NCBI GenBank assembly: GCA_002771585.1
Contig: PCTT01000044.1
Coordinates: forward strand, 1 to 34,737
Length of the DNA: 34,737 bases
Reading direction: 5' to 3'
DNA from: Candidatus Campbellbacteria bacterium CG22_combo_CG10-13_8_21_14_all_36_13
Lineage (GTDB): Bacteria; Patescibacteriota; Minisyncoccia; Phycocordibacterales; PCTT01
The notes beneath the pieces were generated by a model. It did no database searches and was not told where the DNA came from. It was given only the letters and a program-made list of their open reading frames with translations. Shown here piece by piece: positions 9,825 to 20,402 of this stretch (the stretch's first letter is position 1; every line of letters starts with the position of its first letter). Made by a program: the position numbers and the translations under genes.

Positions 9825-10522
9825 AAAAGTTTCTTTATTTGTTCGTATTCCTTAATTGCATTGCTATAATCTTCTGGACGACCAACATCAATCCAAAAAC
9901 TATCCTCTTCGTGGACATAGACCTCTTCACCACTCTCTATTGAATCTTTCATAAGTTGATCGAATCCATATGGTGTATTTTTTGAAAGTCCATCAATAAC
10001 GGCGCGGCTATAACAATTCACACCAACAGCCACATGGTAAGTGTGCGTTGGTTTTTCTATAAAATCCTGAAGTTTTCCCTCTTTATCAAAAGATAGTGTT
10101 CCAAACTCTATTTTCAATTCAAGTTTTTTTACTAACACAGACATTCTTCTATTATTATTCATATGCTCAATAAGAAAAACACCGTAATCTAGATCTGTTA
10201 TAGTATCTCCATTAATTGTAAGAAAATGTTCTGGTAGATCTTCTATCAAAGTAAGGGGCCCGATAGTATTTAGTGGTATCTCCTCGTGTGAATAATCAAT
10301 TTTTACACCCCACTTAGAACCATCTCCGGCATATGAAACAATTTGCTCTGATAAATGGTTAACTGCAATAGTTATGTGGTCGAATCCATATTTCTTCAAC
10401 TGTTGAATCAAGATGCTTAATATAGTCTCACCGTCTCTGATTTCAACAAGTGGCTTAGGTATATTGTTAGTATGTGGTTGTAAGCGAGTACCTCTACCAC
10501 CTGCTAATATTACTGCTCTCAT
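9821..10522 (-). CDS. sugar-phosphate nucleotidyltransferase
   Basis: The N-terminus is MRAVILAGGRGTRLQP...PKPLVEI. Its stop overlaps the convergent amidotransferase stop within TTAA at 9821-9824. Confidence 0.85.
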   Translation of the reverse strand: MRAVILAGGRGTRLQPHTNNIPKPLVEIRDGETILSILIQQLKKYGFDHITIAVNHLSEQIVSYAGDGSKWGVKIDYSHEEIPLNTIGPLTLIEDLPEHFLTINGDTITDLDYGVFLIEHMNNNRRMSVLVKKLELKIEFGTLSFDKEGKLQDFIEKPTHTYHVAVGVNCYSRAVIDGLSKNTPYGFDQLMKDSIESGEEVYVHEEDSFWIDVGRPEDYSNAIKEYEQIKKLF

Positions 10523-11517
10523 ATGCTATATATATTAGCCTTAAAGTGTTTTAAATTTTCAGCTTCAGAGTACCATTTAATAGTCTCCTCTATACCTTTT
10601 TCAAATCCAAATGTTGGTGTCCACCCTGTTAACTCCTTCAGTTTATCAGCTGATCCAATTAGCCTCTCAACCTCTGATGAATCTGGTCGCAAACGAACAT
10701 CATCTGTTTCTACATTAATTTTACTACCAGTAATTTCAATTATCTTCTTTACAGTGTCCCCAATCGTAATACCAATACCTGTCGCAATATTTATTTCTTC
10801 TCCTGTTGTAGAATCTTTTTCTGCTATAGCACAATAAGCATCTACAGTGTCTTTTACATAATTAAAATCACGAATAGTATCTGTGCGTCCAAGTTTCATT
10901 GTATCTACGCCAGACAAAATTTGAGTAATAATGGTAGGAATCACAGCCCTAGTAGATTGTCTTGGACCAAATGTGTTAAATGGTCTAACAATTACAACTG
11001 GAACACCAAAGGATCTGAAGAAAGATTCTCCTATATGATCTGCAGAAATTTTTGAAGCACTATATGGTGACTGTGCCTGAAGTGGATGAAGCTCATCCAT
11101 TGGTACATACTTTGCTGTTCCATATACCTCAGAAGTAGATGTAATCAATATACGCTTCACACCTTCTCTGCGAGCAGATTGTAATATATTAAGTGTACCT
11201 TTCGTATTTGTATCAAAAAATGAATCTGGAGCATCATATGAAAAAGGTATAGAAATAAGAGCTGCAAGATGAAAAATAAAATCACACCCTTTAACAGCAT
11301 CATCTACAAATCTTTGATCTCTTACGTCACCAGCAACAATTTCTATCTTCTCTAAAATCTCCTTAGGAAAAGTATCGAGCCAGCCCCAAGAGTTGAAAGA
11401 ATTATAAAATACAAAAGCACGAACAATAGCGCCTTTTTCTAGCAATCTCTCAACCAAATGACTACCTATAAAGCCATCTGCTCCAGTAACCAATACCTTT
11501 TGCCCTTTTAATTCCAT
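10519..11517 (-). CDS. NAD-dependent epimerase/dehydratase (extended SDR)
   Basis: It has VLVTGADGFIGSH, YSASK and RPFNTFGPRQ. I start it at ATG 11517 (MELKGQKVLVTG); the track start at 11619 would run into the divergent gene. Confidence 0.85.
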   Translation of the reverse strand: MELKGQKVLVTGADGFIGSHLVERLLEKGAIVRAFVFYNSFNSWGWLDTFPKEILEKIEIVAGDVRDQRFVDDAVKGCDFIFHLAALISIPFSYDAPDSFFDTNTKGTLNILQSARREGVKRILITSTSEVYGTAKYVPMDELHPLQAQSPYSASKISADHIGESFFRSFGVPVVIVRPFNTFGPRQSTRAVIPTIITQILSGVDTMKLGRTDTIRDFNYVKDTVDAYCAIAEKDSTTGEEINIATGIGITIGDTVKKIIEITGSKINVETDDVRLRPDSSEVERLIGSADKLKELTGWTPTFGFEKGIEETIKWYSEAENLKHFKANIYSI

Positions 11518-11526
11518 AAAAATCTG

Positions 11527-11570
11527 ATTAAATATGTTATATTTTAGCATATAATTTAAAAAACAAGGAA
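11527..11570 (+). promoter_or_regulatory. candidate promoter and RBS for the 11577 operon
   Basis: A perfect TATAAT lies at 11550-11555 and AAGGAA at 11565-11570, 6 nt before the ATG. The -35 region is weak. Confidence 0.3.
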
Positions 11571-11576
11571 ATAACA

Positions 11577-12749
11577 ATGCTTTTAGAATACTTAGGGGCT
11601 TACAAAAACAAGCTTTCAAATAAGATAAATGGTGTAATACACATTAAAACCAGAGAAAATAAAGTTGGTTCTGTTTTACTTTCTTTTATAACTGGCCCAT
11701 TTACACTTACTCCAAAAGAGAGATTCACCGATCCACACACAAATTATTGGGTATGCCCTGAAATAGCGAGACTTTTTCTGGAAAAAGGTTTTGATGTAGA
11801 TATAATAAATTGGGATAATAAAACTTTTTTACCAAAGAAAAAATATGATGTATGTGTAGATCTGCAACACAATATAGAAAGGTTGGAGCCAGTCCTTGGA
11901 GATAAATGCAAAAGAGTAATGTTTATTATTTCATCATACCCAGAATTTCAAAATAATGCAGAGGAAAAAAGATTAAATGATTTATTTCAAAGACGAGGTG
12001 TTAGATTATCATTCGGTAGAAAAGAGGATTATTCAAAAAATGTCCAATTCACAGATTTTATAGGTGGATACGGAAACAAAACCGTACGTAGCTCTTATCC
12101 CGACTTTATTAAAGATAAAATAGTTCCAATTCCTGTTCCTTCAATGGACATATATGACGCTCCTAAAAATAAAGACTATGATAAAGTAAGAAAAAACTTT
12201 CTATGGTTTGGTGGAGGTGGTGCAATATTAAAAGGACTAGATTTGATAGTTGAAGCATTTGCAGATTTACCACAATTAAATCTCTCACTTATAGGACCAG
12301 CTCCATTTGAGGAAGAATTTGCAAAAACATATGAAAAAGAATTGAGTCTTCCAAATATTAAACGCCATAATAGACCAAGAATAAATGAGTCTGGTGTTGC
12401 AATGATAGACGATATACCCTTAGAAGACATAATAAGTGAATCTGCATTTGTTATTGGATTATCGGCATCAGAAGGTGGTGGTGCTGCGACAGTTCAGGCA
12501 ATGCAATTAGGTCTTATACCAATTACCACACCTCAAACAGGTATCAATGAAGAAGCTCCAGGATTTGTAATACATGAACCAACTTTAGCAAATATCAAAA
12601 AACTTATACTAGAGGTGTCAACAATGTATGAGACTGATCTTAAAAAACTTTCTTATGATACGTGGAATTTCGCACACACAAACCACAGCAAGAAAGCTTT
12701 TACTAAAAAATTTAATGAGTTTATTGATCAGATAGTAAACACACAATAA
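11577..12749 (+). CDS. glycosyltransferase (GT4/GT1-like)
   Basis: The C-terminal half (FLWFGGGGAILKGLDLIVEAF...SASEGGGAATVQAMQLGLIPITT) resembles the GT-B sugar-donor domain. Confidence 0.7.
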   Translation: MLLEYLGAYKNKLSNKINGVIHIKTRENKVGSVLLSFITGPFTLTPKERFTDPHTNYWVCPEIARLFLEKGFDVDIINWDNKTFLPKKKYDVCVDLQHNIERLEPVLGDKCKRVMFIISSYPEFQNNAEEKRLNDLFQRRGVRLSFGRKEDYSKNVQFTDFIGGYGNKTVRSSYPDFIKDKIVPIPVPSMDIYDAPKNKDYDKVRKNFLWFGGGGAILKGLDLIVEAFADLPQLNLSLIGPAPFEEEFAKTYEKELSLPNIKRHNRPRINESGVAMIDDIPLEDIISESAFVIGLSASEGGGAATVQAMQLGLIPITTPQTGINEEAPGFVIHEPTLANIKKLILEVSTMYETDLKKLSYDTWNFAHTNHSKKAFTKKFNEFIDQIVNTQ

Positions 12750-13582
12750 TGCAAGAACCTCTTATATCAGTGATAATACCGGCAAGAAATTCGTCGAATA
12801 CCCTTCGAGAAGCGGTTTTGTCTATAGTCAATCAAACATATAAAAACTTAGAAATATTGATTATTGATGACTTTAGCACAGATAACACGCTTGAAGTTGC
12901 AACAAAACTATCGCAACAAGACCCACGGTTAAAAGTGTATTCTTCAGATTTGAATGACGATCAAAGATTTGACAAAAAACTCAACCGTAATATCAATGCA
13001 GGATACTCTGCTCGCAACACTGGATTTAGTCATGTTAATGGAGAGTTTATTACTTTCCAAGATGCTGATGATGTGTCACTACTAAATAGAGTTGAAATTC
13101 AATACACACTACTTAAGAAACATGACGCTACGCATCTATCTCTTGATTGGCAAAAATATGAAGAAAGTCTTATTGGGACAAGTATCGATTTAGAGTTATT
13201 CACTGAAGCTCTAAAAAACTACAAAACACCGAAAGATTTATACTCCATGGCAATTAGGTCAAAAGGTTGTGTTGCAAAAATATCAAAAAAACTTAATTCT
13301 TCAGTTCCATTTAATATAAAAAGAATGCGTGTTATTAATAAACTATTTTTTGGTACACTTGAAAGTTATCCTGGTGCCGGAAATAGTCCTTTGTTTAAAA
13401 AAGAGGTTATAGAAAAAGTACAATTCAGACCCTTAAGCGACAGAATATGGCCTTCTTTTATGGGTCGTGGTGCAGATAGAGATTTTAATTTTCAAGTTGC
13501 AGAGACATTTAAAAATAGCTACGTATTCAGCATTCCTACATATTTATGGAGACAAGAAACTCAAAATAAATTATATAAATAA
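12749..13582 (+). CDS. glycosyltransferase family 2
   Basis: It has ISVIIPARNS, LIIDDFSTDNT and FQDADD. Confidence 0.85.
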   Translation: MQEPLISVIIPARNSSNTLREAVLSIVNQTYKNLEILIIDDFSTDNTLEVATKLSQQDPRLKVYSSDLNDDQRFDKKLNRNINAGYSARNTGFSHVNGEFITFQDADDVSLLNRVEIQYTLLKKHDATHLSLDWQKYEESLIGTSIDLELFTEALKNYKTPKDLYSMAIRSKGCVAKISKKLNSSVPFNIKRMRVINKLFFGTLESYPGAGNSPLFKKEVIEKVQFRPLSDRIWPSFMGRGADRDFNFQVAETFKNSYVFSIPTYLWRQETQNKLYK

Positions 13583-14463
13583 TGAAATTTAGCATAATCA
13601 CACCTGTCTATAACGGCAGTCAATTCATTAGAGAAACTCTGGATAGTGTCATTTATCAAAAGGGAGACTTTGATATTGAATATATTGTTATTGACGGTGA
13701 CTCCTCGGACAATACTGTTGAAATATTAAAAGAATATGAACAAGATATAAATACACGAAAAATTAATCCAAAATGTAACTCTTTAACATTTACTTGGAAG
13801 TCTGAAAAAGATAATGGTATGTACGACGCCATAAATAAAGGCTTTGCAATGGCTACGGGGGATATTTATGCATATATAAATGCTGATGACCTATATGAAG
13901 ACAATTCATTCAATGTGATAAAAAAAAGTCTTGAGACATTCCCCGAAATAGAATGGGTAAAAGGGGTAACGTCATATCTTGAAAATGCCAAATACACAAA
14001 AGGTTCATGCTATATATATAATCAAAGATGGATCTACGAAGGGTACTACGGAACAATCGCTCCTTTTATACAGCAAGACAGTGTATTCTGGTCTAAGGGG
14101 CTTTGGAATAAAATAAAACCAATTGACACAAACCTTCGCCTTGCAGGTGACTACTATATGTGGACATCAATGGCTCAACATAAACCGTTATACTCCCTAG
14201 ATGCAAAGGTGAGCATATTTCGAAAAAGAAGGGGTCAATTAAGTCAAGATATGGATTCCTATAGGATTGAGCAAGAAAGCGTGAGAATTGTGCATGGTAT
14301 AGAAACATACGCCATAAAGTTATTTTTTATATTATCAAGAAAAATACCTTCATTACTCTCCAACCTACTCTATAGACTGTTTTTTATAGAGAAAAATCAA
14401 CACTACATCTCATTCTCAAACAACACACCTATAAAAACTCAAGCAAAATCATATAAACTATAG
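13582..14463 (+). CDS. glycosyltransferase family 2
   Basis: It has FSIITPVYNG, IVIDGDSSDNT and INADD. Confidence 0.85.
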   Translation: MKFSIITPVYNGSQFIRETLDSVIYQKGDFDIEYIVIDGDSSDNTVEILKEYEQDINTRKINPKCNSLTFTWKSEKDNGMYDAINKGFAMATGDIYAYINADDLYEDNSFNVIKKSLETFPEIEWVKGVTSYLENAKYTKGSCYIYNQRWIYEGYYGTIAPFIQQDSVFWSKGLWNKIKPIDTNLRLAGDYYMWTSMAQHKPLYSLDAKVSIFRKRRGQLSQDMDSYRIEQESVRIVHGIETYAIKLFFILSRKIPSLLSNLLYRLFFIEKNQHYISFSNNTPIKTQAKSYKL

Positions 14464-14469
14464 ATAATC

Positions 14470-15234
14470 ATGAAAGAAATATTAAAAAAAATACCCTTCC
14501 TTAAAATTATTGTTGTCTATAGTAAGACCATTAAAAACAAGCAGAACTTCTTACAAAAGACACATCTATTCTTCAATTTTTTGAAAGACTTTTCTCTTTA
14601 CAGCAAGCTAGAGAAAAATATCGAAATTAAAGCAAAAACTGAAGACCTATTCCCTAGAATATACGACAATACAGCAGATACAAAAATAGACCCAATATAT
14701 TACCTACAAAGCACATGGTGCGCGGAAAAGATTTTTAAAGCAAAACCAGTAGAGCACTATGATGTAGGTTCACATTATTTAATGGTTGGAATCATTTCAA
14801 AATTTGTTCCAACTACCATGGTGGACATACGACCCCTCTCAGTAAACCTTGATTCTCTATCTTTCATAAAAGGAGACATAACACACTTACCTTTCGAAAA
14901 CGACAGTATTAATTCCCTATCATCAATCTGTGTAATAGAGCACATTGGACTAGGTAGATACGGAGACCCTCTTGATCAATTCGGCACAGAAAAATCTGCA
15001 AAGGAACTAAGTCGGGTTTTATCTAATGGAGGAAGTTTATATATATCGGTACCAGTAGATTCTAAGAGTAAAGTTTACTTTAACGCGCACAGGGCTTTCA
15101 CTAGAGATTATATATTGGGGTTATTCAAAGATTTGAATTTAATTGAAGAAAGGTATATATATGGAAAGCAGTTTTATAATGAATATAATTCAACAAAAGG
15201 TTTTGGTACTGGATTGTATTATTTTAGAAAATGA
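14470..15234 (+). CDS. SAM-dependent methyltransferase-like protein (DUF268-like)
   Basis: HYDVGSHY...GDITHLPFENDSINSLSSICVIEHIGLGRYGDPLD...GGSLYISVPV resembles DUF268/Methyltransf_11-type proteins. Confidence 0.6.
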   Translation: MKEILKKIPFLKIIVVYSKTIKNKQNFLQKTHLFFNFLKDFSLYSKLEKNIEIKAKTEDLFPRIYDNTADTKIDPIYYLQSTWCAEKIFKAKPVEHYDVGSHYLMVGIISKFVPTTMVDIRPLSVNLDSLSFIKGDITHLPFENDSINSLSSICVIEHIGLGRYGDPLDQFGTEKSAKELSRVLSNGGSLYISVPVDSKSKVYFNAHRAFTRDYILGLFKDLNLIEERYIYGKQFYNEYNSTKGFGTGLYYFRK

Positions 15235-16142
15235 AAAAAATAGTAATACTACAACACGGTGGTGGTGAGCTTACTAATCAGCTTTGGAATTACATAAGTA
15301 TATACGCTTATGGAAAAGAAAAAGGTGTTCCTGTGGTTAACAACTCTTTTTTTGAATACGGAAGCAATTTCTGTACACCCAAATCCCATCTTTCAAATTT
15401 ACTTCTATACAGACCATTTAAAAACCACCTAAAGAGGCGCAACTCTTTTAAAAGACAGCTCTGGAGAAAGTTCTACAAAATATACGTATATGTAGTAAAA
15501 ACTTTCAAAAAGAGCAGTATTGTCTCATCAGTTAACGGAAATAATGCTGTTACATACTTACCTCCTACAAGTACAGATTTTACAGAGCCAGATAAAAAAA
15601 CCCTATATTTTGATGGGTGGCTTTTTAGAAACCCTGTTGGTTTAGAAAAATACAGAGAAGATATTTTGAAATACTTTAGACCTGCAGATGTTGTAATAAA
15701 CAAAGTTGATAAATTTTTACAACCACACCTTGGAAAATACCTGGTTGGTGTGCATATAAGACAAGGAGATTACAAGGTCTTTAAAGGTGGAAAATACTTT
15801 GTAGAACAGAAACGTATACAGGAGATTATTAGTAAATATTTATCATTTTCTGGCAGAACAATAGAAAACACCTTTTTTATATTCACATCAGACGGATCAA
15901 TAGAAAAGGATGTATTTTCTGAATTAAATTATACCGTTTCTAATATGGGCCCTGTAGAAGATTTATTCTTGCTATCAAAAATGAAAGTGGTGCTTGGCTC
16001 TGACTCAAGCTTTGGAGATTTTAGTGCTTGGTACGGAAACATACCACATATAGTATTCCAGAAAGAAGCTATGGACTGGGAATATTACAAAGAGAAGAAT
16101 ATCTTTTTTGAGAATAAATACTCCACAATGGTGCATTATTAA
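15231..16142 (+). CDS. GT11-like glycosyltransferase (fucosyltransferase family)
   Basis: It has HIRQGDY and GSDSSFGDFSAWYG, and its N-terminus matches the GT11 layout. Confidence 0.7.
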   Translation: MKKIVILQHGGGELTNQLWNYISIYAYGKEKGVPVVNNSFFEYGSNFCTPKSHLSNLLLYRPFKNHLKRRNSFKRQLWRKFYKIYVYVVKTFKKSSIVSSVNGNNAVTYLPPTSTDFTEPDKKTLYFDGWLFRNPVGLEKYREDILKYFRPADVVINKVDKFLQPHLGKYLVGVHIRQGDYKVFKGGKYFVEQKRIQEIISKYLSFSGRTIENTFFIFTSDGSIEKDVFSELNYTVSNMGPVEDLFLLSKMKVVLGSDSSFGDFSAWYGNIPHIVFQKEAMDWEYYKEKNIFFENKYSTMVHY

Positions 16143-16151
16143 ACTATAAAT

Positions 16152-17078
16152 CTACTGCTTCTTGGCCCAATCAATATATCTATCAATACCTTCCCAAATT
16201 GAAACCTTTGGAGAAAATCCTAAACCTTCAGCAAAAGAAATATCTGCTGGAAATCTTTGAACTTCCCCTGGGCGAGCTGGTGCATTTACTATCTTTGAAT
16301 CAAACTTTTTTGCAATATACTCAACGATATCTTTCACTTTAGTATTTTTTCCACTAGCAAAGTTTATAACCTGTCCTTTTAATTCTGGATGATTAAGCAC
16401 AAGACTATATCCATCTACAACATCACTAACATGACAATAATCTCTCTCTGCAGCACCGTCACCAAAAATTGTTAGATTTTCGCCACGCATAGCTTTTGCA
16501 ATCATTATTGGGATCAACGCACCAAAACGACCATTTTTCTGTCTTTCTCAGAAGATATTAAACGGCCTTACAATAGTCACATCAGTATCAAACGATTTAA
16601 AATATGAATAACTTATACGATCAATAGCTGCCTTTGATGCGGCATAAGGACTATTTGGTCTTAGTTCTGAATGTTCATTAAGTGTTTCACCCTCTTCCAA
16701 ATCGTGTCCGTCGCCATAAACCTCACATGTAGAGGCTAGTATTAGCCTGTTATTATTTTTCTTTACCGCTTCTAATATATTATATCCACCAAGTATATTT
16801 GCATGGAAAAAAGCGAGTGGATCTTGGAGTGATTCATCTACATTTATTCTACTTGCGAGATGAAAGACGACATCGTGTCCCCTAACACTTTTATCAACTA
16901 TTTCACTATCGGTTATACTGCCCCAGATGACGTTAACGGATTCTTTTATAGGGCTTATGTTTCTTTCTGATATGTTAGAGTATGTATTTAAAATTGAAAC
17001 ATCATGACCTTCTTTTAACATCTTTTCACTTAAATGACTGCCCTTGAAACCACCCCCACCTGTAACTAAAATTCTCAT
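16152..17078 (-). pseudogene. NAD-dependent epimerase/dehydratase interrupted by one in-frame TGA (16548-16550); pseudogene or recoded gene
   Basis: Track ORFs 16548..17078 and 16152..16517 are in the same frame, and the second begins at a TTG that is simply the next Leu codon. The joined product reads ...VTIVRPFNIF[TGA]ERQKNGRFGALIPIMIAK... and carries ILVTGGGGFKGSH and YAASK. Nothing else is disrupted. Confidence 0.75.
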
Positions 17079-17195
17079 ATAATCTTATTTAAAAATTTAC
17101 AATATAAGACAGTATATCATACTAGATATGCCCAAAACATAGAAAATAAGATGAATTAGTGGCGTATTTTGAAGTTTTAATTCATAATAGGTTTT

Positions 17196-19469
17196 ATGCA
17201 AAACACAATCAAAATTGTGTCAAAATTTATCAAAAATAGGTTTATGGAAATCAGTTTATTTCTTGTATTTATTATATCTTTTGCATCAACGCTTTTCTTG
17301 CTAAATTTTGATATAAAAGAGTTAAGTTCTTTCGGACCAACCGCACTAATTTATATAAACGGATTCAAAGAAGGTTTAATAATATCTACTTCTGTATTAT
17401 TTTTTGCATTAATAATACTTTTATTCTTCAAAAAGAACTTTTTAATAATAATAGAAAAGGTAAATTTGTGGTTTAACAAACTAAGCCATGGCAAACAATA
17501 TTTATTTATTCTTATGATTTGTGTTGTCTTCTCTTTTGCAGTTCACGGAGACAGTGTAATCAACGGATATTTTAATATGGATGATTTTGAAATAATTTCA
17601 ATAAACCACTCTCACACGATTGGTGAATCCATACTAATACCACACGGAAATGACCACACAATGCCACTTTTTATGTTAGAAATGAGGGTGCTCGATTATT
17701 TCTTTGGACAAAATGCTCTACCATATAATCTATTTATTTTTTTCTTATTCTCATTAATACCATTTTTTATATACCTAATATTTGAAAGATTAAATTTCAA
17801 TAGGATAAGTTTCTTTATTTTTTTAATATTGTTTAGTGGTGCAACTGGTTGGGCAGACTTAATAGGTGGCTTCAACATTATGTCCACATACATGCAAGCT
17901 ATTTTGTTTTTCACAATCACAATGTGGTCATATTTAGAATGGCATACTACAAAACAAAACAAATTTCTCTTATTTTTTGGCTTATCTATTCTTGGCTCAA
18001 TCACAATAGATCTACCTGGTATATGGGTACTTCCAGTAATTCCAGTCTGGATGTTTGTAGTTCATATAATTAAAGATAACCTTATCCAAATTAAACTTCA
18101 AAATATCATTAGTTTTTTAAAAAACAACAAACCGCCGTTATTAATTTTTATAACTACAATATTGCTTTTTTTAACATTTTTTATATTTACATTTACTGTA
18201 GTGCAGCCAAATACGTTTCTAACTGCCCTTGATGGTGGAGATATAGCAACAAACGATATTCGTGATAGTGGTTGGAAGCCAAGTACCCTATTACATAATT
18301 CAGTTTCAGTATTTTCATCAGGTGTCTCGCTAACATTATTCGCTCCAAATGCTGTAAAAATCCTATCTCACCCGTCACTCGTCGGAAGAGTCCAAAAATA
18401 TTGGAGTTCATTAGAATTTTTAATTCTATTTCTAAATTTATTGTTTCTATTTTTTTTATTCAAAAATTCAGATAATAAGAATAGGAGATTATATATATTT
18501 TTGGCCAGTATATTTATGGTGAGCATATCTATGGTTGTAATAGCGCGCCCAAATCAAGGCATACTTCCAGATTTTGATTATAGATACGCAGGACCAGCTT
18601 TTTTTGCATATATATTATTCATCGCTTTAGCCTCTAATGTATTTTTAGTAAAAAACAAAGAAAAAACGCTCAAAATACTATTACCTGTAATTATAATAAT
18701 ATTTTCCATACAACAAGCATTCAGTTTCCAGGCTGTTAGAATAAGAGAAGAAGCAAAGCTAAGAAAATCAGCTATAGTTCAATTTGAAAAAACCCTACTA
18801 CCGGAACTAGAGAAATTGAGTGAAAATAATAAAGACATAGTTATACCAAACCTATCAGGAGCACATATTTTTAATCTAATGTCAGGATATACACTTGCAG
18901 ATTACCTGCTCTTCTTCAACAAAGGTATTGATATCAATCTGATACAAAACAAATACATGCAACCAGATGTCAAAACTGGAATAGTAGAAACTGTTTCCAG
19001 TATACGGGATCAATCAAGTATTGTATTTAAAGAGGCTATAAATAACTCGTCATTTATAAACAAATATTACACATCACAAATTCTGATGAGATTTGCTACA
19101 TCTGAACAAAAAAGCCCGGATTTAAAATCTGTTTTAGCAAACGAATACGGGGATATCGTTATACATAAAAACAATTTTGATCCTGAAAAATTAAACGTTC
19201 TTGGATTTTATTTAACCACAGACGACGTACCGGGCAACTTAGAACTTTCTATTTCATTTAAAAATGAATTTAACAAAAAAGACGAGTCGCAAAATATAAG
19301 AATAGACGACTTCACTCCACATATATTAGAAAATAATAAACGCATTTATTATATAGAGACAAACCTATTACAAATCCACACGTACTCACTTTCAGCTTTA
19401 ATATCAAACCTTAGACTTCATGTACCTGAAACAAAAAATGCCTCCGTTGAGGCATTGTATTTCAAGTAG
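17196..19469 (+). CDS. large polytopic membrane protein, possible GT-C glycosyltransferase or polymerase
   Basis: The 757-aa product has many hydrophobic segments across the first 500 aa or so and a C-terminal soluble domain of about 250 aa. An acidic first loop (NMDDFEII) is the only functional hint. Confidence 0.6.
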   Translation: MQNTIKIVSKFIKNRFMEISLFLVFIISFASTLFLLNFDIKELSSFGPTALIYINGFKEGLIISTSVLFFALIILLFFKKNFLIIIEKVNLWFNKLSHGKQYLFILMICVVFSFAVHGDSVINGYFNMDDFEIISINHSHTIGESILIPHGNDHTMPLFMLEMRVLDYFFGQNALPYNLFIFFLFSLIPFFIYLIFERLNFNRISFFIFLILFSGATGWADLIGGFNIMSTYMQAILFFTITMWSYLEWHTTKQNKFLLFFGLSILGSITIDLPGIWVLPVIPVWMFVVHIIKDNLIQIKLQNIISFLKNNKPPLLIFITTILLFLTFFIFTFTVVQPNTFLTALDGGDIATNDIRDSGWKPSTLLHNSVSVFSSGVSLTLFAPNAVKILSHPSLVGRVQKYWSSLEFLILFLNLLFLFFLFKNSDNKNRRLYIFLASIFMVSISMVVIARPNQGILPDFDYRYAGPAFFAYILFIALASNVFLVKNKEKTLKILLPVIIIIFSIQQAFSFQAVRIREEAKLRKSAIVQFEKTLLPELEKLSENNKDIVIPNLSGAHIFNLMSGYTLADYLLFFNKGIDINLIQNKYMQPDVKTGIVETVSSIRDQSSIVFKEAINNSSFINKYYTSQILMRFATSEQKSPDLKSVLANEYGDIVIHKNNFDPEKLNVLGFYLTTDDVPGNLELSISFKNEFNKKDESQNIRIDDFTPHILENNKRIYYIETNLLQIHTYSLSALISNLRLHVPETKNASVEALYFK

Positions 19470-20402
19470 TTAAGATCGCTCGAGCCAATCAAACTTATTT
19501 AAATACTCTTTGACACAAATTTCCCAATCACGAGTTAGATGTGGAGCAATTTTTTTTAACCTAATGTTTTGTAATATTTCGGAACGCGGGCGTGGAGCAA
19601 AAAAATCTTTTTCTACAAATGAAGAATCTACCTCAATAACCTCAACCTCATCTTTTATACCCAAATCAATCATCATTGCAACTGCTACTTCATAACGATT
19701 ACATTTACCATCGCATGCACCATGATATATGCCATAATATTCATTGTCTACGAGAAAATGCAGCGACTTAGCTAAATCATAAGTATAGCAAGGTGTTCCA
19801 AACTTATCGTTAACAACATGTAATTGTTTTGAGCCATTATTTATTTGTTCAACTATCTTTTTTACAAACTTCTTATCTTTCTTGGGCCCACCACCAATCA
19901 TCCAGCCAGCCCTTACAACGATAGACTTAGTTGCTTTCTTTGCTTCAAGCTCTCCTTCATACTTAGACCTACCATAAACACTAAGTGGATTTGGCTTATC
20001 TTCTTCTCTGTACGATTCTTGTTCCCCGTCAAATATTCCAGCAGTTGAGATATACACAACAGGTATATTTGCAGAGTTTGCATATTTAACCACATGAGTA
20101 ACACCATTTCTGTTTGTGGCATAAGTTTCTTCCGAATTTAGCTCGCAATACTCCATATCTGTTTTAGCGGCTAGGTGTATTATGTAATCAGGCTTTATAT
20201 TTTCAAGATATTCTGCAACAGCATTTGCACTAGAAACGTCCAAATATTCAAGCCAATCCTCATTTAAATCAATGTCCGACGCATAGACTTTACATATATC
20301 CTTAAACTCAGAATATACAGCCTCTCCAAGCATCCCACCACAACCAGTAATTACTATTTTATCCTCTTTGTTTATCATTGTGTATTGATTATAACACTCC
20401 AA
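19470..20402 (-). CDS. SDR-family sugar nucleotide reductase (RmlD / dTDP-4-dehydrorhamnose reductase-like)
   Basis: It has IVITGCGGMLGEAV and YGRSK and is about 300 aa. The start may be ATG 20402 or 20378. Confidence 0.75.
   Translation of the reverse strand: MECYNQYTMINKEDKIVITGCGGMLGEAVYSEFKDICKVYASDIDLNEDWLEYLDVSSANAVAEYLENIKPDYIIHLAAKTDMEYCELNSEETYATNRNGVTHVVKYANSANIPVVYISTAGIFDGEQESYREEDKPNPLSVYGRSKYEGELEAKKATKSIVVRAGWMIGGGPKKDKKFVKKIVEQINNGSKQLHVVNDKFGTPCYTYDLAKSLHFLVDNEYYGIYHGACDGKCNRYEVAVAMMIDLGIKDEVEVIEVDSSFVEKDFFAPRPRSEILQNIRLKKIAPHLTRDWEICVKEYLNKFDWLERS

Noticed and set aside
11518-11619. N-terminal extension of the epimerase (track start 11619, MKACFCKPLSILK...).
   Set aside because: The extension precedes the canonical MELKGQKVLVTGADGFIGSH start, has no homology-like features, and would overlap both the divergent promoter region and the first codons of the plus-strand gene at 11577.
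17079-17195. Divergent promoter pair between epimerase 16152..17078 and the membrane protein gene at 17196.
   Set aside because: Only weak matches are present (TTTACA with cATAcT at a 16-nt spacing). In DNA this AT-rich such matches are expected by chance, so I did not annotate them.
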